This document shows positions 26,401 to 33,790 of a stretch of DNA of 60,404 bases, piece by piece. The notes beneath the pieces are model-generated. The model did not search any database. It was not told the origin of the DNA and was given only the letters and a program-made list of their open reading frames with translations. Every line of letters starts with the position of its first letter. Within the stretch, counting starts at the first letter, position 1. Made by a program: the position numbers and the translations under genes. Location of the stretch: IMG/VR virus record IMGVR_UViG_3300032144_000011, positions 1-60,404 of that record; one strand, 5' to 3'. Source of the DNA: a virus.

Positions 26401-27051
26401 CGCCCCCATCGCCTCGGTGAAGGGCTTGGCGGCGTAGGGCGGCGTCTGCTTGTGGCGGCCCAGCACCACGGGCACGACCTCGAACGACCGAAGCTGGTTG
26501 CGCGCCCCCTCGATGAACAGGGTCGGGCTGTCGCGCGATTCCCCGAAGCCGGTCAGCGCCGGCAGCGACGGCGGGCGGGCGGGGAACAGCACGCTGGTGA
26601 TCAGGCTGCCGGCCAGCGCGATGCCGCCGGCCAGCAGCGTGGCGCCGAAGGTGCCAGCGCCGAAGGCGGAGCCAAGAAGCGGCGCCGCCCCGAAATATCC
26701 CACGGCCAACGAGGCGGCCAGGATGCCGATCATCAGGATCGTGCGGAGCGGGTTCTTGCCCCCGCCCCCGCCTTGCGGAACGACCCTGAGCGTGACCAGC
26801 GCGCCAGCCTTCGGGCGGACATGCGCGTACCACGTCGGCATGATGTAGTCGTCGCCGACGTAGACGTGCGCGAAGCGGCGCAGCGCCGGGTCCGGTTGCA
26901 GGACCTCGAGCATTTCCGCTATGGTCAATCCTTCCCCGAGCGCGATCTGCACCGGTTCCGTTGAGAAGGGTCGGGTGATCGCCGACACATGAACGGAGGG
27001 CCGATCGATGCGCTGGATGTTCGTGGCGGCATTGATGATGAGCGGTTGCAT
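23482..27051 (-). CDS. Host-specificity protein J-like central tail-tip protein, with gpI-like N-terminal segment
   Basis: Track ORF of 1189 aa, directly downstream of the gpK-like NlpC/P60 gene. N-terminal ubiquitin-like plus hydrophobic stretch, then the long J-type body. Confidence 0.85.
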   Translation of the reverse strand: MQPLIINAATNIQRIDRPSVHVSAITRPFSTEPVQIALGEGLTIAEMLEVLQPDPALRRFAHVYVGDDYIMPTWYAHVRPKAGALVTLRVVPQGGGGGKNPLRTILMIGILAASLAVGYFGAAPLLGSAFGAGTFGATLLAGGIALAGSLITSVLFPARPPSLPALTGFGESRDSPTLFIEGARNQLRSFEVVPVVLGRHKQTPPYAAKPFTEAMGATQYVRILVCWGVGPLQIDDIRIGETPIADFDEVEIETRQGYPSDAPLTLYTQDVEQDDLSIRLLGADDWTARTAAADADELGIDISFPAGFFNTTDTGKRAATDVRVQAQYRLVGAAVWTDVPGDASISFPREWLQPPTITFTHNSTAAIRHGLRWPVARGQYEVRVRRISPDPAQTHAVDESWWTALRRFKNEAPIDSPVPLALTALRIKATDQLNNVVDELNAVVTSIAPDWNGTAWVSGPTRNPASLYRLILQGAGISETLADARIDLDGLQDFHDFCRVNGFTFDMVRDFESSVWNALADVAAAGRASPTQRDGKWSVAIDRPQAYPVQHFTPRNSWGFSAEKAFVDLPHGWRVRFVNEDQRYANDERIVYDDGYSDANATRFEGLELPGVVDPDLIWKHARFHIAQARLRPERWTLFADIEHIVCRRGSLVKVTHDVLLVGLAQGRIVQVHEDTNGDVAGVTVDEVLTMEAGTDYGLSIRTPGNPALLAALAADPGEQTEVFFTASIPAAQAPDIGDLFGFGELGAETVDALVLAIEPQADFKARLLLVPYQAGVYTADTGTIPPFDTGLTALETVPAPVVLRVRSDESALVKVGATLEVRVEIDIQPLALKFVQVGAVLDVQSRPSASAEPYRDAEVTTRRLNGATLVGVTEGETIDIRLRWRVQDRLPGPWATIAGHLVVGKGSPPAAPQGLTISVFGGSALLRWDPPSDIDVRFGGTIRFRHSPVFTGAAWAESTSIGNAANSTALVAVLPLKPGTYLARTFDSAGNPSAEIAAVTTIQASVLEFANVDTVTEDPAFAGAHDGTVEDGGVLKLAGQGLLDDVADFDAIENLDSLGGIASAGVYGFAAGLDLATTESDTQRVRLTSHIEAISVNELDLIDDRGTPMDSWEDFDGTVQGAADCQVWVRHTDDDPAATAPAWSDWQRLDSAEFEARGFEFEARLATVDPAFNINVSELSVVVDRLAA

Positions 27052-27388
27052 GCCTTACGGGGATCTCCCAACGCTGGAGGCCAAGAAGCCGGTTGTCGTC
27101 TTCGAGGGCCCGGGCGACTTCGCCGGGGCCGCGCGCTGTGTGCACGGCGAAATTCCGGTGGATTACGTTTTGCAGCCGGTTCGCCTGCGGGAGCGGCGCA
27201 CGGAATCAACGGTGACGTCCGGCGGACCGATGGGCCCCTATGGCATGCAGTTTTTCTGGCAAGTCCGCGCGACGGGATCGAGCCCGGCCCGCATAGAGGT
27301 GCGCAGCAATGCGCCCGTATTCGGCGATGTTTTTGCCGACAAGGCGGTCTACGACGCCATCGCCGCCTGCGGCTTCACGAAGCGGTAG
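27008..27388 (+). CDS. Opposite-strand lipoprotein (126 aa), moron candidate
   Basis: Track ORF. GGAGGG lies 7 nt upstream of ATG 27008. Signal peptide MRWMFVAALMMSGC (lipobox-like). Fills the 297-nt gap between the gpK-like and J genes. Ordinary codon and amino-acid usage. Confidence 0.6.
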   Translation: MRWMFVAALMMSGCMPYGDLPTLEAKKPVVVFEGPGDFAGAARCVHGEIPVDYVLQPVRLRERRTESTVTSGGPMGPYGMQFFWQVRATGSSPARIEVRSNAPVFGDVFADKAVYDAIAACGFTKR

Positions 27389-27774
27389 AACCCCGCCACG
27401 CGCCCCTTCCATTCCAGCCCGGTGAACTCCTGCACGCAGGTATCGACGCCGCGGTCGACGTGCAGGAAGCGATGGCTGTCGATCACCAGCCCGAGGTGCA
27501 TGTCGTTGCCTTCCACCCGCAGCAGGATGGCGTCCATCGCCTCGGGATTCGCCGGCACGCTCCAGCGCGCCGCCGTCTCGCGCGCGATCAGAGCTTCCAG
27601 CCGGCCGCGCTGGCAGGTCGAGCGGTATTCCCCGTCATAGGCGGGAAGCTCGATCCCGAGCACGTCCAGGTGCGCCTGGAACACGACGCCGTAGCAATCC
27701 CAGCCGTCGTAGCCGCGGCCGCGCTCCTTGAACGGCACGCCGACTGCGCGGTTGACGAATTCGGCCAAGGTCAT
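27349..27774 (-). CDS. NlpC/P60 peptidase, gpK/GTA-g14-like tail protein
   Basis: Track ORF of 141 aa. GVPFKERGRGYDGWDCYGVV (catalytic Cys context) ...MHLGLV...FLHV. Confidence 0.85.
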   Translation of the reverse strand: MTLAEFVNRAVGVPFKERGRGYDGWDCYGVVFQAHLDVLGIELPAYDGEYRSTCQRGRLEALIARETAARWSVPANPEAMDAILLRVEGNDMHLGLVIDSHRFLHVDRGVDTCVQEFTGLEWKGRVAGFYRFVKPQAAMAS

Positions 27775-28242
27775 TCAAAAGATCCCGGGGAAGCTGCCGG
27801 GATTGAAGCGCCGGGCCGGATAGGGCTCGCGCGTCAGGTCTTCGACCATCAATTGCCCCTGCACGGCGGCGACGTCGAAGACGACGTTGCGAAGGAGAAA
27901 CGACGACCATGTCATCTCGACCGTGTCCGGCGCCGATGCCATGATCACTTCCAGCGTCACACGGGCCGGCCCGGTCATCTGCCGCACCGCCTGGCCGATC
28001 TCGCGGCTGACGTTGTCGATGGCGAGCTGCGCCTGCGGTGGCGCCTCCTCCTTATCGAACGGCAGGATCGGGGCGAACGGAAAGGCCACATACTCCTCCC
28101 CGCGCGATGTAATCGGCTCCAGGTTGTTGACGACGCGGATCGGCTGCGACAGGGAGTCGTGGTCGATGGTCAGGAGCACGAGGAATACCTCCTCGCTCTC
28201 CGGCGCGTAGAGGGCGCGGCGGGCGGTCTCGGAGACGGGCAT
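27775..28242 (-). CDS. DUF1833-like minor tail protein (gpL position)
   Basis: Track ORF of 155 aa. EVFLVLLTIDH...PIRVVNN...YVAFPF...LAIDNVSREI follows the DUF1833 pattern as I recall it. Confidence 0.7.
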   Translation of the reverse strand: MPVSETARRALYAPESEEVFLVLLTIDHDSLSQPIRVVNNLEPITSRGEEYVAFPFAPILPFDKEEAPPQAQLAIDNVSREIGQAVRQMTGPARVTLEVIMASAPDTVEMTWSSFLLRNVVFDVAAVQGQLMVEDLTREPYPARRFNPGSFPGIF

Positions 28243-28246
28243 GGGG

Positions 28247-30844
28247 TCAGGAATTCGCGTCGATGATGTCGTCGACGGTCACGTTGCCGCCGCGGTTATC
28301 GGCCTTGCCTTTCGGCACGTCGGAATTCGCCTCGGTGTGGTTCTTGTAGAAGCCGGACGAGACCGTCTTCCAGCCGCTGAAGGTGCTGTTACCATCGTTG
28401 AAAACGGCGGCCGTCTCCGCGACGAGGGTGTCGCCCAGGTCGAGAGTGAAGTCGTCGACGTCCTCGTAGCGTGAATTTACCTCGTAAAGCCCGGAGTTTG
28501 TCCGGTTCCAGCGCTGCGATTTCGCCCCCCAGGTCACCGTTGCGCCGCGCGAGAACATGGGGGCGCCGATGCGTCGCCCGCCCAGCTTGGTTATGGTCGG
28601 CGGCGTCGTGAAACTGCCGGAAGCCAGGCGGATGCGCAGAAAGGCCATCTGAGTTTGCCCATAGAGGTCGGCCAGGATCTCGGAGCCGTCGCGGGCGTGG
28701 GTGATCTCGCCGGATTGCTTCAAGCTGTTCGTGCCGTTCGTCAGGCTGCTGACGGCGACCCATCCGCTCGCGGTGTACTTTTCGACCGCCAGAGTGTAGG
28801 TCCCAGCCGCCGCCACGCTGCCCGTTCCGAAAAAGACCTCGACCCGGCGCGGCGTGTCGAGGAATCCCATGACGAGATAGTCATTTGTATTGACCAGATT
28901 GAGCTGCGTCGCGTCGCCGCCGGAGCTAAGCAGCAGATTCTCGGTCACGTTCGTAACCGTCGCCTCGCCATTCGTCACGACCGCGGCAAAGGGCACGCTC
29001 TCAGTGAAATTTCGGCCCATCAGATAGTGAGTGTGGCAATTGTCGATGATGTAGTCCCGGTATTCGACCGGCTGCTCGGAAACGCAGATGATCGCATCGT
29101 TCGGCAAATTGCCGCACGCGAAGCGGCGCACGATGTTGCCGGTCTTGATGCCATCCGTGCGGCTGAGATAGAGGACATGGTCGTTGTCGTTCTCGACCCC
29201 CATGCCGCCGTGCGCGATCCCGGTGCCGTTGCCATTGTCGTCGAGCAAGAGGAAGTCCTCGACGATATTGTCGATGTAGTTGCCGGCGTTCTTGGTACCG
29301 CCGAAATCGTACGGCGCGTCTGCCTCCGCCTCGGCCGCGAAATAGAAGTCCTTGTGGCGGCCGGCGCGCAGCGAGACGAAGCGCCGGACGACCGTGTTCT
29401 GCCGCAGCAACCCGCCGCGCGTCGCCACCGCGTGCCCGTCACCGCCCGCATAGGTCTTGATCGTGCCGCGGCTGTTGGCGATGGTTCCGTGCGTGTCGAC
29501 GATGAGTGCGCCATCGATCCAGTTCAGCGTGCTCGAGACGGCGTTGTTCTGGTAGAGCCCGTTGTCCTGCCCCCAGATGCATGCCCACATGTCCATGTCC
29601 GCCCAAGCCGCAGCCGCAGAACCCTTCTCGGCTATGAGACGCAGCACCAGCGGGTGCGTCGGCGCCACCACATTGTCGTTCTCGTCCTTGATGTCCGTGC
29701 GGTCGTAGGTCAGCCGGCCATAAGACGCCGCGCCCCACTTCCACCCGGCGTCGCTCACGCTCAGCAGGAATAGGTTGGCGTTCAGAAGCTGCTGGCCGCC
29801 GAGGACTTCCAGATCCGTCGCCCCGCCCCAGTTCGTCTGCGTGCATGCCAGCGTGCGGAGATTGGTGCAGCGGATGTTCTTTCCACCGTTGACGAAATTG
29901 AGGAAGTGCCCGCCGCCATTATCCCAGCGGGTCGAGATGTTGAAGCCGGCCGGTGGCGCGCTGTCGTCGACCAGCCGGACGTACATCTTCGTTTTCGCGG
30001 CATCGAGAAACCACTCGCCGGGATTGAGCGTCGTGGCGCTCGTCCCGATCTTGTAAAAGGCCTTTTCCAGGATATCGGTAAAGCTGTCCGTGGGATCGAC
30101 AGCGCTGGTCACCACTAGGAAGGTCTGGAACGGTACGAATTGCGAGACGTTCCGGCCCCAATCGGCCTGGGAGTAGATGTTGCCGCCCTCGTGAACCCAC
30201 GGATCGCCCTTCAGCCCGGCATTCCGGTCGGTCATCGTGCCGAGGAGGATGCCGGGGAAGATCGGATGATCGCTCCGCAATTCCGACCGTTCGCCGCCCG
30301 ATGCGTCCGCGAAATCGACGTAGCGCCCGGCGAAATTGAAACTGCTCGCCTCCTCCTTGTGGACGACGCCGATTAGGAAGTGGATGTATTCGCCCGGCAG
30401 CTTGCGGTTGGTGCCGCCGTTGATCGCGGCCGTCTCCGGTCCCTCGAATGCCGTCCAGGGAAACTTGCCGTTGTTGGCGCCGCCGACGGCACCGGGCTGC
30501 GCGATATAGCGCACGCCCGCCATCTCCGGGTATTCCGAGCGCGCCATCTCGCCCAGCATCGGGAAGCCGCGCTCGCGAAAGTCCTGTGCGTCGGCGAAGA
30601 CGTCGTACACCAAGGCGCTTGGCATGCGGGTCTCAATCGCCGTGGCGATTACGCCGAGATCCCCGACCAGGTCGTTGCTGTCGAGAGCCGCGTCGATGAT
30701 CTCGACCGTCGCGTCATCGGCGGTCGGCCGCCGGGCAAGCTGGAAGCTCGGCCCATAGATCGCCTGCCCGCGCGCGAGCAGCGCCGCCTCGGCGGCGGTG
30801 AAGCCGGTGGCGTCGTTCTTGAGGGCGAAGTGTTGAAGGGTCAT
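28247..30844 (-). CDS. Large tail-associated protein (865 aa), probable beta-helix polysaccharide depolymerase or receptor-binding protein
   Basis: Track ORF, N/G/T-rich with repeated G..I..N-type segments (NFVNGGKNIRCTN, NYIDNIVEDFLLLDDNGNGTGIAHGG). Inserted between the gpM-like and gpL-like genes. No family confidently recognised. Confidence 0.7.
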   Translation of the reverse strand: MTLQHFALKNDATGFTAAEAALLARGQAIYGPSFQLARRPTADDATVEIIDAALDSNDLVGDLGVIATAIETRMPSALVYDVFADAQDFRERGFPMLGEMARSEYPEMAGVRYIAQPGAVGGANNGKFPWTAFEGPETAAINGGTNRKLPGEYIHFLIGVVHKEEASSFNFAGRYVDFADASGGERSELRSDHPIFPGILLGTMTDRNAGLKGDPWVHEGGNIYSQADWGRNVSQFVPFQTFLVVTSAVDPTDSFTDILEKAFYKIGTSATTLNPGEWFLDAAKTKMYVRLVDDSAPPAGFNISTRWDNGGGHFLNFVNGGKNIRCTNLRTLACTQTNWGGATDLEVLGGQQLLNANLFLLSVSDAGWKWGAASYGRLTYDRTDIKDENDNVVAPTHPLVLRLIAEKGSAAAAWADMDMWACIWGQDNGLYQNNAVSSTLNWIDGALIVDTHGTIANSRGTIKTYAGGDGHAVATRGGLLRQNTVVRRFVSLRAGRHKDFYFAAEAEADAPYDFGGTKNAGNYIDNIVEDFLLLDDNGNGTGIAHGGMGVENDNDHVLYLSRTDGIKTGNIVRRFACGNLPNDAIICVSEQPVEYRDYIIDNCHTHYLMGRNFTESVPFAAVVTNGEATVTNVTENLLLSSGGDATQLNLVNTNDYLVMGFLDTPRRVEVFFGTGSVAAAGTYTLAVEKYTASGWVAVSSLTNGTNSLKQSGEITHARDGSEILADLYGQTQMAFLRIRLASGSFTTPPTITKLGGRRIGAPMFSRGATVTWGAKSQRWNRTNSGLYEVNSRYEDVDDFTLDLGDTLVAETAAVFNDGNSTFSGWKTVSSGFYKNHTEANSDVPKGKADNRGGNVTVDDIIDANS

Positions 30845-30867
30845 TGCAACCGCGCTATGCTACAACC

Positions 30868-31041
30868 ATGGATAGCCTGCCGTTCCTACATCCCGACGTT
30901 TTGTGGTTAATTGCATTCGGCTTTGCAATGGCAGGGATAATGGGCTTGCTCGGGCTGCTCCTGGCCCTTCCCGTGCTGATCGCTTCGCACGTCAAGAAGC
31001 TGTTCGCACCAGCGCCGAATTTCCGCATCAGGCAGCCCTGA
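30868..31041 (+). CDS. Possible opposite-strand small TM protein (57 aa)
   Basis: Track ORF 30844..31041, ATG at 30868. TM LWLIAFGFAMAGIMGLLGLLLALPVLIA. Lies in a 183-nt gap. No clear RBS. Confidence 0.3.
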   Translation: MDSLPFLHPDVLWLIAFGFAMAGIMGLLGLLLALPVLIASHVKKLFAPAPNFRIRQP

Positions 31042-33790
31042 CGGCAATCAGAAGGCCGCGCCTGTCACGCGAGACATCGGACCTGAATGCAATCGGGTCC
31101 AGCGTGGTCCCGTGAACCAGCCTGAACGTGCTTCCAAGGCCCGGACCGGCATTCGCCCCAGCGCCAGACGCTTGGTTAAAGGGCTTCTTGTTGGCGAAGA
31201 GAACCCATGGCCCGTTGTTAGTGCCCGTGCCGTTCAGTGGGTTGTCGTCGTCAATGGCGACGACAGCCGCGATGGCCATCCACAGCGAGCTTCCCCAGCT
31301 CGGCGTTATCGACCCGACATCGGGACTCGTGCTACCGCCGCCACCGGCCGTGCCTATTTCGATGCCCGCCAGATCGCCGTACCATGTACCAACGTCAATT
31401 TGGTAGACATGCGCCGCCGCTGTTGCGTTTGCGCTGGTGACGAAATCGACCGTCGCTCCGTCTTCCGTCCCGTCCGCGATTTTCTTGAAGACCGCGAGCG
31501 TGAAGGAGTCGGAGCCGTTCGTGACATTGACCGGCGTTTGCGCCGTCCAGCCCGAAGGCGTGGTAATCGTCCCTGCCGGAGCGCTGGCCAAGTAGTACAG
31601 GCCAAGGATGACGATCAGCGCATCGCCCGCCGCCACGGTCGCCGGCATTGTGACGGCGTGCGCCGTGCCGCTGCTTGCAATGCCCGTTCCGGTCGGCGGC
31701 AAATGGATGCCGAACGGCACATAAGCATCCACAGGCGCAATGGCGAAGCTGATGCCAATAGCCGCGCTGTTGGTGAAGGTGTAACCAAGGGTCTGCGCAC
31801 CAGCCGTCGCCGCATCGAGCGAACCGATGACGATGCGCTCGCCTGCCGTCGCGCCGGAGTCGTAGTTATCGGCTATCGCATGGCCGCTACCCGACGCCGC
31901 GACATCGGTAATTTCCTGCCCAATGACAAGCATGGAAACGACCAGTGACTTGTCGTAAACGGTGGTAATGTTAAGCGACAGCGGAGACGTATCGGACGGC
32001 GTTGCCGTCATGGTCGTGAACGGACCGGGCTGAGCATCCTTGACGGTGAAAATGGTTAGCGACCAGTGCGTGTTGGATGCTGTATCTCCCTGCACGGCAT
32101 TCGTGCCTGGGGCAGGAAGGTCCGCCTCGTCGATATAGCCAATTTCGAAAACTGCATCATTCGACGCGCCGTCAACAGCAAACGGAGCATTTCGTTTGAA
32201 GTGGACGCCGCCGAACGTCAAGGAGTCCAGTTGGGACTCGCTAAAGGGATTATAGCTCGTCTGCTCGATACCGATAATCGCGATGACCTTGCGGTTCGAG
32301 CCCGCGCCCGGATCGTAATCCGAGAGGTACGTCCGGTTCGCGCTGCTGTTCGTCGTGAATGTGGCGTTCGCGAAAGAGCCCGGCACGATGCTCGGCATGA
32401 CGATGCCGCTGATAGCCTCGCTATACACCCCGAACGAGTCCGCGCACGGCTGGATGAAGCCGACCGGCGCGTAGTCGACCGAGCCCGTCGCCGGGGCTTG
32501 GTTCTGGTGATAGGTCGCGTAGCCGCCGTTGAGGTAGACGAGGACCTGGTCGCTCGGGCCGCTGCCGTCGGCGCCGATGTTGCGCGGGGCAAGGCCGGCC
32601 GTCAGCGTGCTGTCGACGAACTTCTCGTAGATGTCGTCGTCGTTAAAGCCGAGTGAGACCGGGGCTTCCCAGTCCTCCGCCAGGCAGCCCATGAAGTGGC
32701 GGAGGTCGCCGGCGTCGCCGGAGCGCCCCAGGTAGCGCGTGCCGCCGAAGCCCATGTAGCCGCCAGCCGCGGTCGGCGGCGCGTTCACACCGTCGATCAG
32801 GCCCTTGAGGCGCAATGTCGCGCTGTCGCCGGAGATGTCGAGGCCGATCGGAACCTTGCCGTCCGCCACCAGGAACGTGTCGGTGCTGGTCACCTGCCCG
32901 ATCAGGTTGCCGGACTCGTCGTACCACTCGGCATGGACCTTGTTGTCCGCCCGGACGACGATGGACACTTCCGGCACCGGCGTCGCCGTGGTGATGTCGC
33001 CCCGCCAGTAGAGCGCCTGCTCGACCCCGTCCAGCGCCTTCTGCCGCCAGATGTGGATGGTGTGGCCGGAGCCCGGCGCCGGGGCCAGCGTGCCGAGCGG
33101 ATCCATGACGTAGTGCTGGCCCACGCCGTCCAGCTCGACCGCGTTGACCGTGCCGCCGGGGACGAGTTCCGCGCCGGCCGTCAGCGTCGCCTGTCCGGTG
33201 AGGGACGCCGCAATGCTGCGGGTCGCCAGCGCCGCCGCCGTCATCTCGGAATTGCCGGTCAGCGTGGCGGCGATGTATTGCGACAGGAACTCGCCCGGCG
33301 CCGCGGTGAGGCTCGAGCTGCCCAGCAGGCTCGCCGAAACCGACAGCAGACGGCCGGCATTCGCCGTCAGCACGGCCTCGCCGACCAGCGTCGCCGCGAT
33401 GTTGCGGACCACGCCGGCGAACAGGCCGGGCAGGATCTCCAGCTTGAGCGTCGCCTGCCAGCGCCGGTTGGCCGGGCTCTGGTCGCCGTGCAAGGTCGTC
33501 CACTTCGGCGGCTCGACGAAGCGGTACTGCACCAGCTCGTCGGTGCGGAAGTCGAGCCACTGGAAGCGCTGCGTCCCGTGCAGCAGGTCGGTCTCGTAGA
33601 AGGCGTCGAAGATCGCGAGCTGCGCGCCGGTCAGGATCAGCGGCGCCTCGACCATGCGGATCGCCGAGGTATAGCGGCGGCGCATCAGCGGCGGGCCGGT
33701 GTCCGGCTGCGAGCGGATGCGCGAGTCCTGCAGCTCGGTCATTACCGGGCCGGTCGGGTATTGCGGCAGATCGACGGGCCAGATGGCCAT
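31028..33790 (-). CDS. Distal-tail/gpM-like N-terminal module fused to a ~790-aa extension (LamG/lectin-like segments)
   Basis: Track ORF of 920 aa. Immediately follows the TMP (ATGA-type junction at 33790). The N-terminal ~130 aa resemble small minor tail proteins. The remainder is S/T/G/A-rich with LamG-like stretches. Confidence 0.75.
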   Translation of the reverse strand: MAIWPVDLPQYPTGPVMTELQDSRIRSQPDTGPPLMRRRYTSAIRMVEAPLILTGAQLAIFDAFYETDLLHGTQRFQWLDFRTDELVQYRFVEPPKWTTLHGDQSPANRRWQATLKLEILPGLFAGVVRNIAATLVGEAVLTANAGRLLSVSASLLGSSSLTAAPGEFLSQYIAATLTGNSEMTAAALATRSIAASLTGQATLTAGAELVPGGTVNAVELDGVGQHYVMDPLGTLAPAPGSGHTIHIWRQKALDGVEQALYWRGDITTATPVPEVSIVVRADNKVHAEWYDESGNLIGQVTSTDTFLVADGKVPIGLDISGDSATLRLKGLIDGVNAPPTAAGGYMGFGGTRYLGRSGDAGDLRHFMGCLAEDWEAPVSLGFNDDDIYEKFVDSTLTAGLAPRNIGADGSGPSDQVLVYLNGGYATYHQNQAPATGSVDYAPVGFIQPCADSFGVYSEAISGIVMPSIVPGSFANATFTTNSSANRTYLSDYDPGAGSNRKVIAIIGIEQTSYNPFSESQLDSLTFGGVHFKRNAPFAVDGASNDAVFEIGYIDEADLPAPGTNAVQGDTASNTHWSLTIFTVKDAQPGPFTTMTATPSDTSPLSLNITTVYDKSLVVSMLVIGQEITDVAASGSGHAIADNYDSGATAGERIVIGSLDAATAGAQTLGYTFTNSAAIGISFAIAPVDAYVPFGIHLPPTGTGIASSGTAHAVTMPATVAAGDALIVILGLYYLASAPAGTITTPSGWTAQTPVNVTNGSDSFTLAVFKKIADGTEDGATVDFVTSANATAAAHVYQIDVGTWYGDLAGIEIGTAGGGGSTSPDVGSITPSWGSSLWMAIAAVVAIDDDNPLNGTGTNNGPWVLFANKKPFNQASGAGANAGPGLGSTFRLVHGTTLDPIAFRSDVSRDRRGLLIAVRAA

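Noticed and set aside
23656-26964. Very long ORFs opposite or out of frame to real genes. Examples: 23656..26964 + (1102 aa), 33841..36393 + (850 aa), 51997..54045 +, 53943..55775 +, 14809..16626 +, 51746..53572 -, 14516..15880 -, 280..1176 +, 4062..5012 -.
   Set aside because: Their composition is extremely R/A/G/P-rich with no motifs. They overlap ORFs that have clear family signatures. This is typical of stop-codon-poor shadow frames in high-GC DNA.
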